Shown piece after piece: positions 8,882-16,682 of a DNA stretch of 64,000 bases. A program made the translations under genes and the position numbers. The notes under the pieces are model-generated. The model saw nothing but the letters and a program-made list of their open reading frames with translations. It made no database searches and was not told the origin of the DNA. The stretch is from Phycisphaerales bacterium. Its GTDB lineage: Bacteria; Planctomycetota; Phycisphaerae; Phycisphaerales; UBA1924. Where the stretch lies: positions 6,842-70,841 of the forward strand of contig JBJXFQ010000011.1 of the NCBI GenBank assembly GCA_046155605.1, read 5' to 3'. Within the stretch, counting starts at the first letter, position 1. Each line of letters starts with the position of its first letter.

Positions 8882-10059
8882 GGACTGCGCTCCGCTCGGA
8901 CTCGATCAAACGAAGCACGGATTCCCGCAGGGGTCGTGCGCTCGGCCGTGAGCCCGTTGAACATGTCCGCATCCGGTGGAAGGCTGCGGAACATCTCATC
9001 GAAGGTCATCGGCTGGTTCACTCGGATGTTCGACGCGACCATGATCTGCGGCGAGAACGTCGTCTCTGAGGGCTCGAACACGGAGAAAGGCCCGATGACG
9101 ATCGATCGGCTCCGGTCGAGCACCTCCACAATCTGGAGCCGGTCGATCCATCGCTTCAGTTCCGGTGTCACGATGTCCGGGGGCAGTCCTTCGAGGCGGC
9201 GAGATAACTCGAAGTCCTTCTGCCGATCGGGTGAAAGCGGCGCATCGACATTCGGGACGATCTTCGAGTACATCGAAGCCTGGATCCCGACTCGCGGCAT
9301 CCAGATGCCGTCGACCTGAACCGCTTCGACCACCACCAGCGTCTCATAGACGTACGAGCCGGGGCGCGTCGCATGCATACGGATCACGCGGGGCATTCCT
9401 CCACGCTCCGGGTCCACGCGAACCTCGACATCGACGACGCCCTCGCTGGCCGCACCAACGCCGATCACCCCGGGCCACGGCTCCTCGGACGTGGGCTCGA
9501 GCGCAACGTGTTGTCGCGCTCGGCCCAATCGCCATGAGAGCGTGGCCGCACGCATGGGATCACCGGGCTCGGCGTAGCGCCCGAGCAGGCGCCAGAGATT
9601 GGCGCCGCCCGAGGAGTAGACGTCCGAGTTAGTCAGCATGCCGCGGTTGGTGGCGGGTGATCGCGTCACGCGGTACGCGCCATCGCCGAAAAAGAGCATC
9701 TCGTACTGCTCAACCTTCGACGGTTGACCCTCGACGTCCGGCGGATCACGAATCAACTTGGTTGCCCGCATGAACCACTCTCGTGTTTCGCTGGCATACA
9801 GCGTCGAACGCTGGAGAAGCATCCATGTGGCGAATGTGGCGAGAGTGCCGCCCCCAGTGTTCGTGCTGGGGCATGAGAACTCCTCCTGGTCCCACGAAAC
9901 GCAACGAACCGACCGTTCGTAGGCCTCCAGCATGCCGAGCACGGTCACGGGAATATTGTCTGGCGTAGTTGGGTCAGCCACTTGCCCTAGAGTGGAGCCG
10001 CAGACGCTCATCACGACTATCGCAGTCCTATAGAGGCGCGATCCGAATCGTGCTCCCAT
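8878..10059 (-). CDS. Hypothetical secreted protein (no domain recognised)
   Basis: 393-aa ORF with an N-terminal hydrophobic segment (AIVVMSVCGSTLGQ). It sits between two co-oriented genes with a 24-nt gap upstream and a 4-nt overlap downstream. G+C is visibly lower than in its surroundings. Confidence 0.5.
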   Translation of the reverse strand: MGARFGSRLYRTAIVVMSVCGSTLGQVADPTTPDNIPVTVLGMLEAYERSVRCVSWDQEEFSCPSTNTGGGTLATFATWMLLQRSTLYASETREWFMRATKLIRDPPDVEGQPSKVEQYEMLFFGDGAYRVTRSPATNRGMLTNSDVYSSGGANLWRLLGRYAEPGDPMRAATLSWRLGRARQHVALEPTSEEPWPGVIGVGAASEGVVDVEVRVDPERGGMPRVIRMHATRPGSYVYETLVVVEAVQVDGIWMPRVGIQASMYSKIVPNVDAPLSPDRQKDFELSRRLEGLPPDIVTPELKRWIDRLQIVEVLDRSRSIVIGPFSVFEPSETTFSPQIMVASNIRVNQPMTFDEMFRSLPPDADMFNGLTAERTTPAGIRASFDRVRAERSP

Positions 10060-10083
10060 GACTATGCTCCACGTTCGCGTGCG

Positions 10084-10563
10084 TTAGAAGCACGACTTGA
10101 AGCTGCAACTCGTGCCTGACGGTGGGTAGGTCGCTGGTGGCGTGCAATAGCAGCCGTTGTTGTCCGGCGAGCCGGGTCCAATCGTGCCGCAGGCACCGGT
10201 GCCTTGCAAACCACATCTGATGAGAGGCAACGTGAGAGTGCATGTGTAGGTCGGGTTGTACTTGCAGAGTGTTGGAGAGATTTCGAGATTCCCTGAGCAG
10301 GCAGTACAGTTCCCGGTGCATCCCGCCGTGCATCCGATGAAGTTCCCACTGCCGTCGATCAACTTGGTGTTCGCCGGGCAGCCGGAGTCATTCGTCACGC
10401 ACTCGTAGTTGTTGACCGCCGCGCCATCACCAGGACCGAGCACGACGCCGACGAAGTCGCCATCGCCGGGTCCGGTGGAAGCAACATGAACGATCCGCTC
10501 CGGGCCAGCGAGCGCAACACTCGACAGAACGAGATTGACGACGATCACAAGCATGCACTTCAT
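10084..10563 (-). CDS. Small secreted cysteine-rich protein (14 Cys in the mature ~135 aa)
   Basis: The internal start MKCMLVIVVNLVLSSVALA-GP is chosen because AAGGAG (10575..10570) lies 6 nt upstream of the ATG at 10563. It has a Sec-type signal peptide. The mature part is rich in C, T, G and N (CTAGCTGNCTACSG, GCYCTPP, SCSFKSCF). Confidence 0.6.
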   Translation of the reverse strand: MKCMLVIVVNLVLSSVALAGPERIVHVASTGPGDGDFVGVVLGPGDGAAVNNYECVTNDSGCPANTKLIDGSGNFIGCTAGCTGNCTACSGNLEISPTLCKYNPTYTCTLTLPLIRCGLQGTGACGTIGPGSPDNNGCYCTPPATYPPSGTSCSFKSCF

Positions 10564-10615
10564 CGCGTACTCCTTTGTTCGTTGGACACGCACAGGTCAC
10601 GCAGTAATCCAGCGC

Positions 10616-10646
10616 ATGCTACCCCCCCCCCCCCCCTTGCTGTCAA
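10616..10646 (-). promoter_or_regulatory. Putative sigma70-type promoter with a G15 tract in the spacer
   Basis: The minus strand reads TTGACA (10646..10641), then gcaa + G15 (10640..10622), then TAGCAT (10621..10616). The spacer is 19 nt. The element lies ~55 nt upstream of the ATG at 10563. Confidence 0.45.
10622..10636. repeat. Homopolymeric C15/G15 tract
   Basis: Direct count in the sequence: a, then 15 c, then ttgc. Confidence 0.95.
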
Positions 10647-10709
10647 GCCCCACAATTCCGGCATAGCTCGACGGCAGACCGGCAGACATTCCCTTTCGCA
10701 AGAAACTGG

Positions 10710-10743
10710 AAAACCGCCCAGCGGATGGTGGTCCACGGGGCGG
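10710..10743 (-). terminator. Possible intrinsic terminator after the dockerin-tailed protein gene
   Basis: The minus strand reads CCGCCC..loop..GGGCGG followed by TTTTCC. It has a 6-bp GC stem, a long loop and a short U tract. Confidence 0.3.
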
Positions 10744-10789
10744 TGCCTCCTGATTGAGGAGTGGGAGAGCGGCGATCGACGCACAAGGC

Positions 10790-12559
10790 TCAGTTGCAGC
10801 CGGCCGCGAACCGGTTCATGAAGCAGGTGAAGTCGTTGACATTGAGCACGGGCGGGACGGTGCTCTGGTCGCAGTTGGCATAGGGGTCACCGGCCGCGAA
10901 CTTATTGAGGAAGCAGGTGAAGTCGTTGACGTTGAGCACGGGCGGCGTGGAACTCTGGTCGCAGTTGGCGTAGCAGGTCGTGGGCTGCTGCGTGGAGGCA
11001 TAGATGGTCCAGCCGAGGCCGAGCGGGCGGCCACTGCCGGCGTCCTGCGCCTGCGTCCAGTTGTTGGTGGCGACGTTGAAGACCATGGCGTCATCGGCAC
11101 CGGGGTTGCGATAGGGCGCGGGAACGGTCATGACGCTGCCGAAGCCAGCCATGCCGACGGTGGCGACTTCGATCCAGATGCGGCCGGGGGGAAGCGGGGG
11201 CATCCACGAGAGATCGACTTGGGCGGAGTTCACCGCGCGGGACGGATCGAGCGGATTGCCCATCACGCGGAATAGGTCGAGGAAGTAGCCGCCGATGAGG
11301 CGATTGGTCGCCATGTCGCCGGCGATGGGAACCCCGCCCGCGCCCGGGCGGCCGTTCCAAAGACGGACGAAAGCGGCCTGAATTGGCGTCCCCACGGGAG
11401 CGCCTGGCTGATAGAAGGGGAGTTCGAGACGCTCGAGTTGCGTGGGCGCGCCGGGGAGCATCACAAAATCATCGGCGACGTGGGCCGTGGTCACGACCGT
11501 GTTCAGGCCCATGGTGGTGTCGGTGAAGAGCGGCTCGGAGATGTTCGCACGATCGGGTCCGATCAGCAGCGTGGTGATGAGGGTGGGCACATCGCCGCCC
11601 GCGCCGCTGACGGCCTTATCGACCTCGCCCGCGCCGTCGAAGGAGAGTTCAACCTCGACGTTGTTGTTCGGATTCGCGCCGAGGTCATAGTCGATCTCGA
11701 TTTCGGGGAGCGGGAACGAGTAGGCCGCCGGCGCGCCGACGGCAGGGATCGGGAGCGCCGCGAAGACGCCCGTGGCGCTCGACTCGGTGACAAACCCCGC
11801 GCTAACGATGATCCGCAGCGTCCCGGCCTGGGTGGTGACGGTGCCCGGCAGGTCGATGGCGAGGAAACTTTCCGACGCCGTGTTGTCGAGCGTGATGCCA
11901 TCCCACGAGGTTTCCCCGCCGCCAACGCGGGACTGTATCGAAAGCAACTTGTAGTTCGAGGTCAGGCCGGTGGTGTGGTCGATGACCGTGGCGAGAATGG
12001 GGTCGGCGACCAGGCCTCGACTTGCCGAGCCGACCGCGGGCAGGGAGTTCTTCCAGTTGCCGGACCAACGGATGTTCCCGCGGCTGTCGAGGTAGCGACC
12101 TCGGGCCGTGACCTGCGCGCCGCTAAAGGCGGTGGCGCGGCCGCTGCCGCGAGGGGGATTCGGAGCGGGACATCCGGCGAGACTCGGATTGGCGTTCCCG
12201 CGGGCCTCGACCCAGCCCTCGACGCCGCCGACGGCCAGGACGGTGACGCCGGCTTCGGCGGTGGCGTCGGCGGCCGAGCCGGGGGCGAGCGAAGAGACGG
12301 TGCGGGTGGTGACGCCCAGGCCGATGGCGACGGACCCGCTCGCTGGGTCATCGTCGATGCAGTTGTTGGTGCGGGCGAAGGAGTGCTCCTTGTGGTTCAG
12401 GAAGACGGCGGGGGCCAGGTTCCCGTGCGTGCGGAGTTTGAAGTTATGGCGGACGCAATAGTCATTGCCCGCGCCTTGCGCGAGGGCGAGACTGGGCAGG
12501 CCAGCGAGGGCCAGGACAAGGGCGGCGGTACGCGGACGGATAGCGGTGGAACGGGCCAT
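10790..12559 (-). CDS. Secreted protein with tandem Cys-containing dockerin-like C-terminal module
   Basis: 589-aa ORF with a signal peptide (TAALVLALAGLPSLALAQG). The C-terminus reads YANCDQSSTPPVLNVNDFTCFLNKFAAGDPYANCDQSTVPPVLNVNDFTCFMNRFAAGCN. This is two copies of a D/N-rich loop plus F-x-C-F helix, like a duplicated dockerin Ca-binding repeat. Confidence 0.7.
   Translation of the reverse strand: MARSTAIRPRTAALVLALAGLPSLALAQGAGNDYCVRHNFKLRTHGNLAPAVFLNHKEHSFARTNNCIDDDPASGSVAIGLGVTTRTVSSLAPGSAADATAEAGVTVLAVGGVEGWVEARGNANPSLAGCPAPNPPRGSGRATAFSGAQVTARGRYLDSRGNIRWSGNWKNSLPAVGSASRGLVADPILATVIDHTTGLTSNYKLLSIQSRVGGGETSWDGITLDNTASESFLAIDLPGTVTTQAGTLRIIVSAGFVTESSATGVFAALPIPAVGAPAAYSFPLPEIEIDYDLGANPNNNVEVELSFDGAGEVDKAVSGAGGDVPTLITTLLIGPDRANISEPLFTDTTMGLNTVVTTAHVADDFVMLPGAPTQLERLELPFYQPGAPVGTPIQAAFVRLWNGRPGAGGVPIAGDMATNRLIGGYFLDLFRVMGNPLDPSRAVNSAQVDLSWMPPLPPGRIWIEVATVGMAGFGSVMTVPAPYRNPGADDAMVFNVATNNWTQAQDAGSGRPLGLGWTIYASTQQPTTCYANCDQSSTPPVLNVNDFTCFLNKFAAGDPYANCDQSTVPPVLNVNDFTCFMNRFAAGCN
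10800..10972. repeat. Tandem 90-nt direct repeat (2 copies) encoding the duplicated dockerin-like segment
   Basis: Copy A (10800-10882) and copy B (10890-10972) align with only scattered mismatches, for example ccggccgcgaac...gaagcaggtgaagtcgttgac(a/g)ttgagcacgggcgg. Confidence 0.9.
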
Positions 12560-12734
12560 GATTCACTCCTGCGTGGGACGTTTTGCCCCAGTTCCGGTGC
12601 GGCCAGACAGAGGCCGCGTGGCTCCGGGGTCGTGTGTGTTCACGGTGGAATGCGAAGGACGGCAGGGGAGTCCGCAGGTGGTTGCGGCGCGGCGAGGGGC
12701 TGATAATCCGGGGGTGTGGCAAAGGGAGCCCGCG

Positions 12735-13316
12735 ATGACCAGCCAGCCAGATCGGGTTGAGACGATGCGGCTGCTCTCGGGCGCGGGCCGCGGCGAGCAG
12801 CACGCGCTGGCCGGGCTGACCGAGCGCGTCTATGCCGAACTGCGCGCGCTGGCGGCCCATTACATCCAAAAGGAGCGCAGCGGTCACACGCTGGAGCCGA
12901 CGGCCCTCGTCCACGAGGTCTTCCTACGGCTGATCGATTCGAAGGGCCTCCAGGCCAACGACCGGCGTCACTTCTTCGCAATCGCCGCGGGGGCAATGCG
13001 TCGGGTTCTGGTCGATCACGCGCGGACGCGAGACGCGGCGAAACGCGGGGGCGGGCGGGCGCGGGTCGCACTCTCGACCCTCAACGCCGCGGCGACCAAC
13101 GCCGAGGCCGATGCCATCGTGCTCGACGAGGCGCTCACGAAACTCGCTAACTTTGACGCGCGGCAGGCGCGGATCGTCGAACTGCGGTTTTTCGGCGGGC
13201 TCACCGTCGAAGAGGTCGCCGACCTGCTCCAGGTCTCGAAGCGCACGATCGAGAGCGAATGGACGATGGCGCGGGCGTGGCTGCACCGCGAACTCTCCGG
13301 CGGAGCGAGCGCGTGA
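12735..13316 (+). CDS. ECF-type RNA polymerase sigma factor (Sig70_X6/TIGR02999-like, kinase-associated type)
   Basis: The start at ATG 12735 is preceded by aaagggag. Motifs include LTERVYAELRALAAHYIQKERSGHTLEPTALVHEVFLRL and a region 4 helix-turn-helix (FFGGLTVEEVADLLQVSKRTIESEW). The stop overlaps the next gene. Confidence 0.85.
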   Translation: MTSQPDRVETMRLLSGAGRGEQHALAGLTERVYAELRALAAHYIQKERSGHTLEPTALVHEVFLRLIDSKGLQANDRRHFFAIAAGAMRRVLVDHARTRDAAKRGGGRARVALSTLNAAATNAEADAIVLDEALTKLANFDARQARIVELRFFGGLTVEEVADLLQVSKRTIESEWTMARAWLHRELSGGASA

Positions 13317-16300
13317 CGCGCGAGCGGTGGGCGCGGGTGAAGGCGGTGTTCGAGGTCGCCCTGGCGGTGCCGGAGATGGAGCGTGCGGCGGCGGTCACGC
13401 GCGAGGCCGGTGATGATGCCGCGCTCGCCGCGGAAGTCGAATCGCTGCTGGCCCATCACGGACGGGCAACCGGATTCATGGAAGTCGGACGGTTGGCGAC
13501 CTTGACCGGCGGCGCATCCGCGCGCCCGGTTTCCACTCAGGCAACGCCAAAGGCGATCGGTGGGTACGCGATCGAGCGCGAGTTGGGCCGCGGCGGGATG
13601 GGCGTCGTCTATCTCGCACGCGATCCAGTGCTGGATCGGCCCGTGGCGATCAAGGTGTTGTCGGAAGCCATGTCGCGCGACGCCGAGGGGCTGATGCGGT
13701 TCGAGCGCGAGGCCCGCATCCTCGCCGCCCTCAACCACCCCAACATCGCGGCGATCCATAGCCTGGGCACCGATGACGGCGGCTCTCGCTTCCTCGTGCT
13801 CGAATACGCGGAAGGCAAATCACTCGGCGAGCGGCTCGGCGAGGGCGCGATGACCGTCGCCGAGGCCGCCGGCGTGCTCGCGCAGGTCGCTCGCGCCGTC
13901 GAGGCCGCTCACGACCGCGGCGTCATCCACCGTGATCTCAAGCCCGACAACATCCGCGTCAGCGCTGACGGCCTCGTCAAGGTGCTGGATTTCGGGCTCG
14001 CCAGGCGATGGGCCACGACGGATCATCCGAGCACGACGACACTGGACAGTTCGGCGGCGCTCCTCGCCACGACGCCCGGCCTCATCATGGGCACGCCCGG
14101 CTACATGAGCCCCGAGCAGGCCCGCGGGCAGGAGGTTGACAAGCGGACCGACATCTTCGCGCTCGGGTGTGTCGCGTATGCGTGCCTGACGGGCCGAGGG
14201 CCATTTTCCAAGGGCTCGATCGGCGATTCGGTGGCGGCGGTGCTCTCGGAAGAGGCGGATTGGAGCCGATTGCCGACTCAGTTGCCCGCCGGGCTGCGCG
14301 CGGTCCTGGAGCGATGCCTGGCGAAGGATCCTGAGCGGCGGCTGCGCGACGCGGGCGAGGTGCGCCGAGAGGCGGAGGCGGCAATCGGCGGCGGACGAAG
14401 CACGGGCGGGTTTGCTGGGCCGTCGCTCTTCGTGCAGGCCTCGCGATTGCCCGCGCCGGCGCCGACCAACCTCCCGCGCCAGATGACGAGCTTTGTCGGT
14501 CGGCACGCCGAGATCGATCGCGTCCGCGAGATGCTCGGCAGCGCGGCCTTGCTCACGCTGTCGGGCGCGGGCGGCTGCGGCAAGACGCGGCTGGCCCTCC
14601 GCATCGGTGAACTGATGGCCGGCGCGTTCACCGGAGGCGTCTGGCTCGTCGAGGTCGCCGGCGTCATGGATTCATCGCTCGTCGCGGCAGCGGCGGCGGC
14701 GGCCCTTGGCGTCAAGGAGCAGGCGGGCCGGCCTGTCGTGCAGTCGCTCGTCGATCGGCTCGAGACCAAGTCGGCCCTGCTGATCCTCGACAACTGCGAG
14801 CACCTGCTCGCGGCCTGCGGGGAACTCGTCGGCACGCTCCTCCGAGCCTGCCCGGACCTCCGCATCATCGCCACCAGCCGCGAGCCGCTGGGTGTCGTCG
14901 GCGAGGCGACCTATCGCGTGCCCTCGCTTGCCGTCCCGCCCGCGCGACACGAACCCGGGGCCGCCGTCGAGCGCTTCGAGGCCGTTGAACTCTTCGTCGA
15001 GCGTGCCCGTGCGGCGCGACCGGGCTTTGAGGTCACACCCGAGACCGCGGCGACCATTGCCGAGGTCTGCCGGCGGCTGGACGGGATCCCGCTGGCGATT
15101 GAGTTGGCCGCGGCGCGTATCCGCGTCCTCTCGCCCGAGCAGATCCACGCCAAACTCCACGACCGCTTCCGGCTGCTTATCGGCGGCAGCCGCACCGCCC
15201 TCGAACGGCACCAGACCCTACGGGCCGCCATCGATTGGAGTTACGACCTGCTGCCCGAGGACGAGCGACAGGTGCTGCGGACGCTCTCGGTCTTTGCCGG
15301 CGGCAGCACGCTCGAATCCGCGGGCGCGGTGTGCGCCGTCGACGAGTTCGGGCTGCTCGACGCGCTGACCCACCTGGCCGACAAATCGCTGGTCATGGTT
15401 GACGACCACGGAGAGCACCCTCGCTATCGCATGCTCGAAACGGTTCGGCAATACGCCCGCGAGAAGTTGCAATCGGCGTCGTCGGCCGAGGTCGAATCCG
15501 CGTGCGAGAAGCACCTGGACTACTTCTGCTCGCTCGTCGAGCGGGCCGAGCCCGAACTCTTCGGCCCGCAGCAGCAGGCCTGGCTCAAGCGGCTTCACGA
15601 TGAGCACGACAACTGCCTGGCGGCGCTCGACTGGTGCGCGGCCTGCGGGGACGCGGGACACCACGAGAAGGCGCTGCGAGTCTGCGGCGCGCTGGCGCGC
15701 TTCTGGAACCTGCGCGGGCACCTGGCCGTCGGCCGGTCCGCCGTCGGGCGCGCGATGGCGGCGGTCACGGATCGCACGGCCCGCGCGAGCCTGGCCAAGA
15801 GCCTCAATGCCGCGGGGGGGCTCGCGTGCGTGGCGGGCGACTATGCCGAAGCACGCGAGCATTGGACGGCCACGCTCGAGATGCAGCGGGCGCTGGGAAA
15901 CTCGCGGGGCGAGGCGGGCGCGCTCAATAACCTCGGGCTCGTCGCCGAGAACCGGGGCGACTATTCCGCGGCGCGGACGCTCTATGAGCGCGCGCTCGAG
16001 ATCAACCGCGGCCTGGGCAACAAGTCGTGGGAGGCCATCAACCTCAATAACCTCGGCAATGTCGCGTGGAACATGCGCGACAACGCCACGGCACGGCAGA
16101 TGTACTCGGCCGCCCTCGCGCTCAATCGCGAACTCGGCAATCGCTCTGATGAGGCGCGGAACCTCAACAACCTGGGGACGGTGGCGCGCGAGGACGGGCA
16201 GGCCGGCGAGGCGAGGGCGCTCTTCCGCGAGGCGATCAAGATCAAGCAGGAACTGGGCGATCGGCAGGGATTGGCGGTGTCGTTCGGGCAACTCGCTCTT

Positions 16301-16675
16301 GCGGCAATCGATGCGGGTGATCGGGCCGGGGCGCGCAAGTTGATCGCCGAGGCACTCACGATCCGCCGCGACATACCGGATCAACTTGGGCTGGCGATGT
16401 CGCTGGCCGAGGCCGCGGGGCTCGCCGTCGCTGAGGGTGCGTGGGCGCTGGCTGCCACCTGGTTCGCGGCTTCTGAGCGCCTCCGCCACAGGCTCGGCGT
16501 GCCGTTGGCGCTGGGTGAACGGGCGCGATACGAGCGCGACCTCTCCGCTCTTCGAAGGGCACTGGACGAGGCGGCGTTCAATGCTGCGTGGTCAGCAGGC
16601 ATCGCCGCGCCAACGGCACGGGCCACCGAACAGGCCGGCGCATGGCTGGCGAAGGGACCGACCGCGGAAGCGTGA
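13313..16675 (+). CDS. Ser/Thr protein kinase fused to a STAND-type (NB-ARC/AAA-like) NTPase and C-terminal TPR repeats
   Basis: The GTG start at 13313 overlaps the sigma stop (GTGA). Kinase motifs are VAIKVL, HRDLKPDNI, DFGLAR and GTPGYMSPE. A Walker A-like motif LSGAGGCGKTRLA and LILDNCEH follow. The C-terminus has many TPR-like repeats (ALNNLG.., AINLNNLGNVA.., ARNLNNLGTVA). Confidence 0.85.
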   Translation: MTRERWARVKAVFEVALAVPEMERAAAVTREAGDDAALAAEVESLLAHHGRATGFMEVGRLATLTGGASARPVSTQATPKAIGGYAIERELGRGGMGVVYLARDPVLDRPVAIKVLSEAMSRDAEGLMRFEREARILAALNHPNIAAIHSLGTDDGGSRFLVLEYAEGKSLGERLGEGAMTVAEAAGVLAQVARAVEAAHDRGVIHRDLKPDNIRVSADGLVKVLDFGLARRWATTDHPSTTTLDSSAALLATTPGLIMGTPGYMSPEQARGQEVDKRTDIFALGCVAYACLTGRGPFSKGSIGDSVAAVLSEEADWSRLPTQLPAGLRAVLERCLAKDPERRLRDAGEVRREAEAAIGGGRSTGGFAGPSLFVQASRLPAPAPTNLPRQMTSFVGRHAEIDRVREMLGSAALLTLSGAGGCGKTRLALRIGELMAGAFTGGVWLVEVAGVMDSSLVAAAAAAALGVKEQAGRPVVQSLVDRLETKSALLILDNCEHLLAACGELVGTLLRACPDLRIIATSREPLGVVGEATYRVPSLAVPPARHEPGAAVERFEAVELFVERARAARPGFEVTPETAATIAEVCRRLDGIPLAIELAAARIRVLSPEQIHAKLHDRFRLLIGGSRTALERHQTLRAAIDWSYDLLPEDERQVLRTLSVFAGGSTLESAGAVCAVDEFGLLDALTHLADKSLVMVDDHGEHPRYRMLETVRQYAREKLQSASSAEVESACEKHLDYFCSLVERAEPELFGPQQQAWLKRLHDEHDNCLAALDWCAACGDAGHHEKALRVCGALARFWNLRGHLAVGRSAVGRAMAAVTDRTARASLAKSLNAAGGLACVAGDYAEAREHWTATLEMQRALGNSRGEAGALNNLGLVAENRGDYSAARTLYERALEINRGLGNKSWEAINLNNLGNVAWNMRDNATARQMYSAALALNRELGNRSDEARNLNNLGTVAREDGQAGEARALFREAIKIKQELGDRQGLAVSFGQLALAAIDAGDRAGARKLIAEALTIRRDIPDQLGLAMSLAEAAGLAVAEGAWALAATWFAASERLRHRLGVPLALGERARYERDLSALRRALDEAAFNAAWSAGIAAPTARATEQAGAWLAKGPTAEA

Positions 16676-16682
16676 CTCGGGC

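Noticed and set aside
10084-10563. The Cys/Thr/Ser-rich small protein as a lanthipeptide or other RiPP precursor.
   Set aside because: It has a standard Sec signal peptide rather than a RiPP leader. At ~135 mature residues it is long for a RiPP precursor. No LanB/C/M, radical-SAM or YcaO genes are nearby. A disulfide-rich secreted protein is the simpler reading.
12560-12734. Search for an ECF-type autoregulatory promoter (GGAAC-n16-CGT-like) upstream of the sigma gene.
   Set aside because: I found only loose matches (ggaat…). The target motif for this ECF group is not known to me, so no call was made.
13313-16675. Kinase-STAND-TPR protein as an Avs-like antiviral STAND defence gene.
   Set aside because: Tight translational coupling to an ECF sigma factor and the known ECF-kinase association in this phylum favour a transcription-signalling role. 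No nuclease, protease or other effector domain is present, and there are no neighbouring defence genes. It is kept only as a remote possibility.
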